Shown: positions 16,356 to 25,060 of the stretch, piece after piece
How positions within the stretch are numbered: position 1 is the stretch's first letter
How the letters are laid out: each line of letters begins with the position of its first letter
Assembly (NCBI GenBank): GCA_965234725.1
Contig: CBDDUX010000028.1
Span: forward strand, 1-40,885
Reading direction: 5' to 3'
Source: Thermoplasmatota archaeon
GTDB lineage: Archaea; Thermoplasmatota; Penumbrarchaeia; Penumbrarchaeales; Penumbrarchaeaceae
DNA length: 40,885 nt
The notes under the pieces: model-generated
What the model was told of the DNA's origin: nothing
Database searches by the model: none
Seen by the model: the letters and a program-made list of their open reading frames with translations, nothing else
Translations under genes and position numbers: made by a program

Positions 16356-18464
16356 ATGTCCGTTCCAGGGCGATCCAGGGGTAAGAAGATGGCGGTAACC
16401 ACCTCCTACAAGGGTGAAATAATGAGGAATATGAAGGAGCTCGATCAGGTCACCTCAGTTCTAACCAGGTTGAAGGGGGACCTCAAGAAAAAAGAAGAAC
16501 TTCTTCACAAAATGGAAAACGCTCTTAAAGTCAGTGAGGAACGGCTAGAGAAGAAGGTATCGCAAATAGATGAAAAGGATAGAAGACTGGGAGAGGTCGA
16601 AGAAAAACTCCTTAAAAGGCAGGAAGAACTCGAGATCCAGGAGAAAGAAGTACAGACCAATGCCATTCTCGAGTTCCTGACATTCCAGGCAAGAGAGATG
16701 GAGATCCAGGAAAGATTGAAGAGCTGTCCTGATCCCAAAGCATCTGAAGTACTTAAAAATCAAATTGAATCTCTCAGATCGGCACTTGACAAGAAGAACC
16801 AAGAGGTTATCGATCTCAAAGATTCCATAGCAGATGGATATAAAGGGGAGGAGGGTGAGGAATTCATCTCAAAGAAGATAGAAGAGATCAATTCCCTGAA
16901 AAGAGAACTTGAAGAAACAAGGAAGAAACTCGATGAAAGAGAAATGGACCTTATGAGGAAGGAGGAAGAGCTCTCCAAGAACCTTAGATCATCTGGAGAG
17001 GGTATTACCCAGGAAGATAGAAAGGTCCTTGAGGCTATGTCAGAGAGAGAAAAAGAATTAGGAAAACTGGAAGATGCTATCAGGAGCAAGCAAAAAGAGA
17101 TCAACCGCTTCATGGAAGGACTGCAGATCAAGGATGATCGGATCAAGGAACTGGAAGGCGAGATCCATATCAAGGAAGAGATGCTGAGATTGAAGGAAGA
17201 GGAATCAACAAAACTTGGCGGTGCAGCCCCTAAAGACATTACCCAGATTAGAGAATCATTAGAAAAGGAATATCAGACCAAAATGGATATGATGGACGGC
17301 AACTACAAGACGAAAATCGATTCCATGAGGTCGACGGTGGACCAGCTCAAGGTCCGTAACGAAGAGCTGGAAATGATGGGGGATCAGCTCTCTGCGGAAA
17401 AATTGAGGGTCACCCTTCTTGAGAGAGAGCTTAGAGAAAGAATGAACGAGATCGCATTTTCAGAAGAGAGACTTGCAAGACGTCAGGAGCTCATGCTCAA
17501 AGAGAGGAAACAGCTTGACGAGCAGTTGAAAAAGATCAAGGATTCATCGGACGGTTCAATGGTAACCGTATTAAGTGAAGAACTTTCCAACAGGCAGAAA
17601 CAGTTGAGAGATATTGAAAAGACGCTCAAGGAGAAGGAAGAGTATCTTAGGAAGAGAGAACAAGAACTTGAGCGTATGCGTTCAAATATTATAGATGAAG
17701 AGATGAAGATAGAGATCATGGAAGACACCGATGAGCTCTCCAGGGTCAGAACCGGTGTAAGGAGGTTTGATGACCTTACCTACGGTGGATTCCCACATAA
17801 TTCCAATTTCATATTGTTCGGTCCTGCTTACTCAGGAAGGAGGACCTTTACCAATCTGTTCATAGCAGAAGGTTTGAAGAAAGGAATACCGGCGATCTAT
17901 GTCGTAACCCAGAACACCCCGACCGAGGTCAAGGATTCACTCAGGATGGTCATTCCAAAGGTCGATGCCTACGAACAGAAAGGTCTGATCAAGTTCATTG
18001 ATCTTTATTCAAAGTCCATGGGGATCACAGAGGAGTTCCCCAATACGATCTATATAGAAAAACCAACAGACCTTGATGCCATCCAGAATGCAATTGGCGA
18101 GATCCAGGAAGGGTTCAAGGGTAAATACAAGTACCACAAGATAGTCTTCTTCTCTGTTTCCACCCTACTTACATATATTGAACCTCTATCCATTTTCCGC
18201 TTCTTCCAGGTCCTTAATGCCAAGAATAAGAGGAACAATGCCGTTTCGGTGTATGTGGTCGATACTGGCATGCACAAACAATCCGACATTCAAACCCTGA
18301 AACACACCATGAATGGGTTCATTGAGTTCAAACTTGACGACCTCAAATATTTCTTAAGAATGGAAGGTGGAGGGGATGTAATGTCCAGGGCCTGGATCGA
18401 GTATACATTTACAGATAAATCCCTTGATCTCAGAGGATCGTTCTCACTTGACCATATCAGATGA
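16356..18464 (+). CDS. KaiC/RAD55-family RecA-fold protein with about 450-aa N-terminal coiled coil
   Basis: E/K-rich heptad region followed by RVRTGVRRFDDLTYGGFP...LFGPAYSGRR...FIAEGL, with a degenerate Walker A. Confidence 0.85.
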   Translation: MSVPGRSRGKKMAVTTSYKGEIMRNMKELDQVTSVLTRLKGDLKKKEELLHKMENALKVSEERLEKKVSQIDEKDRRLGEVEEKLLKRQEELEIQEKEVQTNAILEFLTFQAREMEIQERLKSCPDPKASEVLKNQIESLRSALDKKNQEVIDLKDSIADGYKGEEGEEFISKKIEEINSLKRELEETRKKLDEREMDLMRKEEELSKNLRSSGEGITQEDRKVLEAMSEREKELGKLEDAIRSKQKEINRFMEGLQIKDDRIKELEGEIHIKEEMLRLKEEESTKLGGAAPKDITQIRESLEKEYQTKMDMMDGNYKTKIDSMRSTVDQLKVRNEELEMMGDQLSAEKLRVTLLERELRERMNEIAFSEERLARRQELMLKERKQLDEQLKKIKDSSDGSMVTVLSEELSNRQKQLRDIEKTLKEKEEYLRKREQELERMRSNIIDEEMKIEIMEDTDELSRVRTGVRRFDDLTYGGFPHNSNFILFGPAYSGRRTFTNLFIAEGLKKGIPAIYVVTQNTPTEVKDSLRMVIPKVDAYEQKGLIKFIDLYSKSMGITEEFPNTIYIEKPTDLDAIQNAIGEIQEGFKGKYKYHKIVFFSVSTLLTYIEPLSIFRFFQVLNAKNKRNNAVSVYVVDTGMHKQSDIQTLKHTMNGFIEFKLDDLKYFLRMEGGGDVMSRAWIEYTFTDKSLDLRGSFSLDHIR

Positions 18465-19344
18465 TCCCTCTTTCGATCAGGTCCCTAATTATCTCTTCAT
18501 GATCGAATGCCAATGATGGCAATCCTTCTATAGAATGCCACCCGACCTCGGATGCATCATCTCCGTAATTCAATGATCTTGGATCCTTCGAGTTCAACCG
18601 ATAGACTATCGATACAGTGTGTCCCCTTGGATCACGGTCGGGTCTGGAAGCAACAGATGCCAGGTCAATGATCTCACAATCCAATCCAGTCTCCTCAAGG
18701 ACCTCCCTTAGCACCGCTTCCTCTACTCTCTCACCTGATTCCACGAATCCACCTGGAAGGGCCCACATCCCCATGAATGGTTCTTTTCCTCTCCTTATCA
18801 ATACTATCTCTTTGGTTCCGTCCCTATCCCGGATTATGATACCATCCACAGTTAGATCTGGATTCTTCTGGGACCCATTCTCATTTCCCATTGTCTGTCT
18901 GGATGATGCCAGCTGATCTATATGGTCCACCGTTTTCCGATAATTCTCAAGAGCAACATTGGTATGAGATTCAACTATACCCCATGCGGTCCTTAAAGAA
19001 GAAAATCTGAACCTGTATCCTTTTTTTATCTTCTTGTAGCTACCTTCTTCCTCAGGTTCCTCTGCAGGTATCTCTATCTCATCAAGTATATCCAATCCCT
19101 TCAACTTATTGAGATATCTGTATAATGTGGATTTGTTCGTTTCTAGAACGGTGAGAAGATCGTCAATGGTCCATGGCCTATCAGGATATTTTAAAAAGCA
19201 ATCCCTGACCAATTTAAAACCTGCATCTTCACCTGCATTATCTGGAAGGTAGCCTATCTGCTTGAGGAACACCATAAGTACCTGGTCGAGGTCCCGATCA
19301 CCTGTCAAGGGATTGTTCCTCACTATCCTCAGTTCGAATCCCAT
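18457..19344 (-). CDS. N-terminal winged-HTH domain fused to a Nudix hydrolase (ADP-ribose pyrophosphatase-like)
   Basis: WTIDDLL..LETNKSTLYRYLNKLKGLDIL HTH, Nudix box GGFVESGERVEEAVLREVLEETGL, RDPRGH and LAFDH. ATG 19344 follows an AGAGGGA SD-like site. Confidence 0.85.
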   Translation of the reverse strand: MGFELRIVRNNPLTGDRDLDQVLMVFLKQIGYLPDNAGEDAGFKLVRDCFLKYPDRPWTIDDLLTVLETNKSTLYRYLNKLKGLDILDEIEIPAEEPEEEGSYKKIKKGYRFRFSSLRTAWGIVESHTNVALENYRKTVDHIDQLASSRQTMGNENGSQKNPDLTVDGIIIRDRDGTKEIVLIRRGKEPFMGMWALPGGFVESGERVEEAVLREVLEETGLDCEIIDLASVASRPDRDPRGHTVSIVYRLNSKDPRSLNYGDDASEVGWHSIEGLPSLAFDHEEIIRDLIERGII

Positions 19345-19409
19345 TTGTTTCCCTCTGTTTTTAAACAAGTGAGGGGGAAGATGATATATTAACGATGTGA
19401 TACACCTTC

Positions 19410-19787
19410 ATGCCCGTGAAAAGGTCCCTTGATAAAGACGAGGAAAAGGAGGAGGAATTGGTAGGGGAAGAAAATGGAGACCTTGAAGATGTTCTTGATG
19501 GCGAACTCAAGAACAGGCGGTACGGTGTGAGGATAGATGATGAGGTTGTTATTACCGTTATCGCCGGCAACGATATAATGTCTATCAAAGGAAGACTTCT
19601 TTCGATGAAAGAAGAGATCGAACTTGTAGGCGATGACGGATGTTATATCCAGATAATGGCTGATTGGGTAGTTGCCATCAAGGTCCTCAAACACAATCGA
19701 CCCCTTCCCGAAAAAGATAAGGAACTGGTAAGGAAACCCATCAGGACAAAACCAAAGAAAGCCTCGGTGGACCATGCCTATAATTGA
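19410..19787 (+). CDS. Hypothetical protein, possibly Sm/SH3-like beta-barrel with acidic N-terminal tail
   Basis: Non-overlapping ORF between confident genes, with a beta-rich core VVITVIAG...IKGRLL...IQI...VVAIKV. Confidence 0.6.
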   Translation: MPVKRSLDKDEEKEEELVGEENGDLEDVLDGELKNRRYGVRIDDEVVITVIAGNDIMSIKGRLLSMKEEIELVGDDGCYIQIMADWVVAIKVLKHNRPLPEKDKELVRKPIRTKPKKASVDHAYN

Positions 19788-19863
19788 AGGATAATTCACT
19801 CAATGATAAATCCTTACTACGTCATTATCGTAAGTTTTATATCTGGATCATTGATTAATCCCC

Positions 19864-20616
19864 ATGGTCCAATACGGTGAGGAGCCAGAAGAAGAACTAA
19901 AGGATACTATGTGGCTCGCAAGGGAGAGGTTGGCTGAAAAACTTTCTTCCGAGATCATCCTTTCAAAGAACCCAAGCCAAACTTTCCGGGCATGGAGGGA
20001 TCAATTCGGAGTTTCCCAGCATGATCTGGCCGTAGAGATAGGTGTGTCACCATCCCAACTCTCGGATTACGAGAAGGGAAGGAGAAAGAATCCCTCATTG
20101 AATCTGATGAAACGTATTATAAACGGCCTCATAGGCCTTGATGAGAAGAGAGGTGCACCTACCATCAAGAAATATTCAATGGACCTTCAAGATGAGGCCA
20201 TCCTGGATATGGCCGATTTCACTGTAGGTATCAATCCTTCGGTCTTCATAGATGTTGTTGACGGAACACTCCAATCGGAATCAGACCTTGAGAACGAAGA
20301 TTACATAAGAAGGCCGATCATGGGTTTCTCCATTATCGATTCCATTCTCGGAATTCTACGATTCTCATCCCTTGATTACATGAGGATCTACGGGAGGTCC
20401 ACAGAAAGGGCTTTGTTCTTCACTAAGGTGGCTTACGGAAGGTCACCTATGATAGCGGTAAGGGCCCATCCGATCAAACCGGCAATGGTCGTATATATCA
20501 AACCCCAAAAGGTGGACCCCCTTGCAATAAAGCTTGCTAGACTTGAAAGGATCCCACTTGTCACTACCAAACTGGATATCGAGGAACTAAGCAAGAGGCT
20601 CAGAAAACTGATCTGA
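19864..20616 (+). CDS. XRE-family HTH transcriptional regulator (COG1709-like)
   Basis: WRDQFGVSQHDLA...SPSQLSDYEKGRRKNP and STERALFFTKVAYGRSPMIAVR. This family typically precedes archaeal HMG-CoA synthase. Confidence 0.85.
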   Translation: MVQYGEEPEEELKDTMWLARERLAEKLSSEIILSKNPSQTFRAWRDQFGVSQHDLAVEIGVSPSQLSDYEKGRRKNPSLNLMKRIINGLIGLDEKRGAPTIKKYSMDLQDEAILDMADFTVGINPSVFIDVVDGTLQSESDLENEDYIRRPIMGFSIIDSILGILRFSSLDYMRIYGRSTERALFFTKVAYGRSPMIAVRAHPIKPAMVVYIKPQKVDPLAIKLARLERIPLVTTKLDIEELSKRLRKLI

Positions 20617-20628
20617 GGAGATGGGACA

Positions 20629-21693
20629 ATGAATACGGGTATAGTCAGTTATGGAACGTATATTCCAAGATACAGGGTAAGACCAGCAGAGATAGGGAGG
20701 GTCTGGGGACAGGATGGTGAGGCGACCGGAAAGTCCCTCAATATAATCTCCAAATCCGTCCCTGCACCGGATGAGGATACTGTGACCATATCGGTAATGG
20801 CAGCCAGAAGAGCAATGGCCAGAACCGATGTTCATCCCTCCAATATCGGTGCGATATTGGTTGGGTCCGAATCCCATCCTTATGCAGTGAAACCTACTGC
20901 TACCATTGTTTCGGAAGCAATTGGTGCTGCACCTTATCTGACTGCAGCTGACCTTGAATTCGCTTGTAAAGCGGGAACCGTAGGTCTCCAAGCAGTCTTG
21001 GGAATGATAGGTACTTCGAACAAACAGATCCCAATGGATTATGCCATGGCGATAGGTGCGGATACTTCACAAGGTGCACCGGGAAACATCTTGGAATACT
21101 CAGCTTCAGCAGGTGGTGTTGCATTCCTTGTGGGCAAGGAGAGGGTAATAGCCTCCGTAGATCTTACGATGTCTTATACTACTGATACACCGGATTTCTG
21201 GAGAAGGGAGGGGATGAAATATCCCTCACATGCGGAGAGATTCACAGGGAAACCAGCCTATTTTAAACATGTCCAAAAGTGTTCGGAAATGATAATGAAA
21301 GAGATGGGCACCGAAGCAAAGGACTATGATTATGCCACATTCCATCAACCTAACGGGAAATTCCCTGTCACCATTGCCAGGAAACTGGGTTTTACAATGG
21401 ACCAGATCAAGCCAGGTCTATGGACACCATACATCGGAAATACCTATTCTGCCTCGATGATGATGGGGCTTGCAGGCATTCTAGATGTTGCAAAACCCGA
21501 TGAAAAGATCCTTGCAGTATCCTATGGTTCAGGTGCCGGATCTGATGGTTTCAATATCACCACCACAGACCATATCTCCAATTTTTCTCAAAAGAATTCA
21601 CCCACCGTTGAGAAGGAGGCTATGCGCGGGATCGAGATAGATTATGCCCTTTACATGAAGTTCAGGGAGAAGATCAAGATGGAGGGAGAATGA
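20629..21693 (+). CDS. Hydroxymethylglutaryl-CoA synthase (archaeal)
   Basis: GSESHPYAVKP, DLEFACKAGT (catalytic Cys), FHQPNGKFP, IGNTYS and SYGSGAGSD. Confidence 0.95.
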   Translation: MNTGIVSYGTYIPRYRVRPAEIGRVWGQDGEATGKSLNIISKSVPAPDEDTVTISVMAARRAMARTDVHPSNIGAILVGSESHPYAVKPTATIVSEAIGAAPYLTAADLEFACKAGTVGLQAVLGMIGTSNKQIPMDYAMAIGADTSQGAPGNILEYSASAGGVAFLVGKERVIASVDLTMSYTTDTPDFWRREGMKYPSHAERFTGKPAYFKHVQKCSEMIMKEMGTEAKDYDYATFHQPNGKFPVTIARKLGFTMDQIKPGLWTPYIGNTYSASMMMGLAGILDVAKPDEKILAVSYGSGAGSDGFNITTTDHISNFSQKNSPTVEKEAMRGIEIDYALYMKFREKIKMEGE

Positions 21694-22871
21694 TGGGAAT
21701 GATCAAAAGAGAGGTGGCGATAATTGGCATCGGTCAGACCAAGTTTGGAGAACATTGGGACCTTTCCTTCAGAGATCTTGGGATACAGGCCGGGATTAAG
21801 GCCATAGTCGATTCAGGAATAGAATCCAAGGTCATTGATTCGATGTATATTGGAAATATGTCTGCAGGTCTGTTCATGGACCAGGAACACATAGCCTCCA
21901 TGATCGTGGAAGAGGTAGGCCTTACCGAAGGACATATTCCTGCTACAAGAGTGGAAGCCGCTGATGCCTCAGGTGCACTTGCTCTCAGACAGGCGATCTT
22001 CGAGATAGCTAGCGGTCACAGCAATGTGGTTATTGTGGGTGGCGCGGAGAAGGTAACTGATGTAACCTCAGATGTGGCCTCAAGTTTTATAATGGCCGGA
22101 GCAGACAGAGCTTGGGAAGGATTGTTCGGAGCATCCCTCCCTTCCTTATTTGCCATAATGGCCAGGAAGCACATGAATGATTTCGGTACAACAAGAGAAC
22201 AGCTGGCCCAGGTTGCAGTGAAGAACCATTACAATGGAGCAAGGAACCCGGCTGCACAATTCCAGAGGGAGATCAATATCGATACTGTTCTCAATGCTGG
22301 ACCGATCGCCGATCCATTGGGTGTATTCGACTGCTTCCCTGTTTCTGACGGTGCAGCTGCCCTCGTTCTTTGCGATATGGAAACTGCCAAAGAGTATTGC
22401 AGCGACCCTATCAAGGTTTCCGGAACCGGACAGGGTTCCGATACCCTCTCCATTTCCAACAGAAAAGACATTACCACGATCCAGTCCACCGTTGTGGCAG
22501 CTAAAAAAGCCTATGGGATGGCAGGGATTGGTCCAGGTGATATCCACCTGGCAGAAGTTCATGATTCCTATACGATCTCCGAGATCCTTGCGATAGAGGA
22601 CCTGGGTTTCTTCGAAAAAGGGCTTGGTGGAAAAGCGACCGAGGACGGAGAGACCTCACTTAAAGGAGCCATTCCAATAAACACATCAGGGGGTTTAAAG
22701 GCCCGCGGTCATCCATTCGGAGCCACAGGGATCGCCCAGGTGAACGAACTTGTCATTCAACTCAGGGGGAAGGCTGATCAAAGACAGGTCAAGAATGCAA
22801 CCAGAGGTCTTGCCCACAACATGGGTGGAACCGGTGGAACGGCATTGGTCCATATTCTGGAGGTGATCTGA
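21690..22871 (+). CDS. Acetoacetyl-CoA thiolase-family protein (SCP2-type), catalytic cysteines substituted
   Basis: AVKNHYNG, VSDGAAA, INTSGGLKARGHPFGATG and HNMGG, but EAADASG and EVHDSY at the Cys positions. Confidence 0.9.
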   Translation: MMGMIKREVAIIGIGQTKFGEHWDLSFRDLGIQAGIKAIVDSGIESKVIDSMYIGNMSAGLFMDQEHIASMIVEEVGLTEGHIPATRVEAADASGALALRQAIFEIASGHSNVVIVGGAEKVTDVTSDVASSFIMAGADRAWEGLFGASLPSLFAIMARKHMNDFGTTREQLAQVAVKNHYNGARNPAAQFQREINIDTVLNAGPIADPLGVFDCFPVSDGAAALVLCDMETAKEYCSDPIKVSGTGQGSDTLSISNRKDITTIQSTVVAAKKAYGMAGIGPGDIHLAEVHDSYTISEILAIEDLGFFEKGLGGKATEDGETSLKGAIPINTSGGLKARGHPFGATGIAQVNELVIQLRGKADQRQVKNATRGLAHNMGGTGGTALVHILEVI

Positions 22872-23272
22872 TGTCAGTTGCAAGGTTCTGGAGAAAACAG
22901 GATCAAAGGTACAATTTGGCCGGAAGTGAGTGTACCGTATGCGGAAGGAAGTTCTTTCCGGAAAAGACCATGTGTCCTATCTGCCACAGAAAATCGCTGG
23001 GGAATATGAAAGCATACTCTTTCAAAGGTAGAGGGAAAGTGGAATCTTTTTCCAAGGTACATGTGGGTATGCCCCAGTTCATGTCACAGGTCCCCTATGT
23101 CCTTGCATATATAGGTCTGGAGGAAGGAGATCACATCCTCGGTCAGATAGTAGACTGCAGTCTTGATGACGTGAAAATTGGTTCCAATGTGGAGATGGTA
23201 TTCAGAAAACTCGGAGAAGAAGGGAAATCCGGTACCATTTACTATGGATACAAATTCATATTAGTGGAATAG
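22871..23272 (+). CDS. DUF35 Zn-ribbon/OB-fold protein (thiolase-HMG-CoA synthase scaffold)
   Basis: CTVCG...CPIC, GKVESFS, PYVLAYI, VEMVFRK and YGYKF, coupled to the thiolase gene. Confidence 0.93.
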   Translation: MSVARFWRKQDQRYNLAGSECTVCGRKFFPEKTMCPICHRKSLGNMKAYSFKGRGKVESFSKVHVGMPQFMSQVPYVLAYIGLEEGDHILGQIVDCSLDDVKIGSNVEMVFRKLGEEGKSGTIYYGYKFILVE

Positions 23273-23308
23273 ATTTCATATCAGATGTTCGTAGCTCTAT
23301 TATAAGAC

Positions 23309-25027
23309 ATGTTGCTTACACTAATTCTAAAGGGTGGGTCAATGAACGATACAGACATCCCAATATACGATCAGGTTGATCCGATGGATTTCCCAGATGA
23401 GAAATGGCATGGGGTCCCTCCGGCAGGAGAAAAGAAAACTCCTTCCAGATGGAGATATCTGGCAGAGATCACCGTTGTCCTCTTGATAGAGTTCGGCCTA
23501 TGGGCTATTTACAGGGCCCTTACAGCAGATTTCTATGGCAATTTCGGCACTTACTGGTTCTATGTCGGCCATATTATTGCCGCACCTACAATTCATCTGG
23601 GGCCAATACTGCTTTATTGGGTCTTTATTAGAAAAGAGAAACTGTTTGTATCTTCAGATCGAGAGAATGGACGATTCATGTCCTTCTCCTTCGGACCTTT
23701 CAAGATGACAAGAAAGCTCCTCCTGACTGCTGTAATGGTCGGTCTATTAGGGGGAGTTGTATGGAGATTCTCCGAGATGCTGGTCTTTGATATAACAGGA
23801 ATCGCCCTTGGTGGTTCGAAGGCAGGGACCTTCTGGATATATGATATCTTCACAGGGTCTGATTTCTTCCTCTTCCTTCTCATGACATTCGTCATGTTCT
23901 TCATTGTCGGACCTGTGGAGGAGTTCGAGTTCCGATCATTCGTTCATGACCAGTCCCAAAGGGTACTTCCAAAATGGGGAGCTTTGATATATTCATCCGT
24001 ATTCTTTGGTTTCTCCCATATACCCATTGCCCTGACAGTTTACAAAATGGCACCTGTCGAATTCATATTCGCAGAGATCAGCTGGATGACAGCTGGTGCG
24101 GTTTTCGGTGCCCTTTACATGTGGTCCAGGAACATTTTCGCATGTATAGTCATGCACGGTATCGGTAACTGGCAGCTTTCCGTCTATTTCTGGCAGTCGG
24201 ATGTTGCCGGGACAGGACTTTCCACCACAGAAGGATATATTGCCTCCCTTCTGACCTCCATTTTTGCCAATGCCTTCCTCATTGGGATATTCTTCCTGAT
24301 ACACAAGTTCTACTGGGAACCACAGAGGAGAGGAGAGGCAGCTTTTGGTGGAAAATTGGTAGGTCTTCAAACCGCATTCTTCAAACATGACTCCGGATCG
24401 AAATCCCTCGGTATTACAACAGGATCTCTCTTTGCAGTCGGTATCCTGCTCCTCACAGCGATCGTTGGAGGGACCGTCGCACTTGGTGAAAAGGTCAATG
24501 CACCTGTGGAAAGCTCGAAGTCCAATGATCAGGTTTTCGATATGACCGATTACACTCAGATAGTTGAGACAAGGTCGGAACCCAATGAGATGCTACCTGA
24601 AGGTCAGACCATGGCATACAACATCACTTCAACCATGGACAAAGTCCTGACCGGGATCAAACTGACACTTACCTGGGAGGATGAAACACAGAAACCAGGC
24701 AGGCCTACTATCAGGAGGTATACGAATCAACCTGATACCTTTAATATATCGGTTGAAGGTCCAAATGTTACGAAGAGAGCAGAAGATTTCAACCAGCAGA
24801 ACCTGCCGGGAACTATCCAGATGGAAATTATTATCCCGGAATCTACCATTCTGGAATTATCTGGCAGTTTCACCATTGATGTCTTGGTCACCATGGTGGA
24901 CGCCGGTATATGGACAGGTCTTAGTGTCTTAGGTTTTACTGATCCCGGAAACGGCTATGAACTGGTAATGGAATTGAACTATCTTGAATCAGCATCCACA
25001 GCTCAGGATACCTCGTCCGAAGGATGA
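23309..25027 (+). CDS. CPBP (CAAX/Abi) intramembrane glutamic endopeptidase with C-terminal soluble domain
   Basis: GPVEEFEFRS, FGFSH and HGIGN motifs. Start may be ATG 23342. Confidence 0.85.
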   Translation: MLLTLILKGGSMNDTDIPIYDQVDPMDFPDEKWHGVPPAGEKKTPSRWRYLAEITVVLLIEFGLWAIYRALTADFYGNFGTYWFYVGHIIAAPTIHLGPILLYWVFIRKEKLFVSSDRENGRFMSFSFGPFKMTRKLLLTAVMVGLLGGVVWRFSEMLVFDITGIALGGSKAGTFWIYDIFTGSDFFLFLLMTFVMFFIVGPVEEFEFRSFVHDQSQRVLPKWGALIYSSVFFGFSHIPIALTVYKMAPVEFIFAEISWMTAGAVFGALYMWSRNIFACIVMHGIGNWQLSVYFWQSDVAGTGLSTTEGYIASLLTSIFANAFLIGIFFLIHKFYWEPQRRGEAAFGGKLVGLQTAFFKHDSGSKSLGITTGSLFAVGILLLTAIVGGTVALGEKVNAPVESSKSNDQVFDMTDYTQIVETRSEPNEMLPEGQTMAYNITSTMDKVLTGIKLTLTWEDETQKPGRPTIRRYTNQPDTFNISVEGPNVTKRAEDFNQQNLPGTIQMEIIIPESTILELSGSFTIDVLVTMVDAGIWTGLSVLGFTDPGNGYELVMELNYLESASTAQDTSSEG

Positions 25028-25060
25028 TTACTCATCCACTGATATTCACGTTCCAATGGA

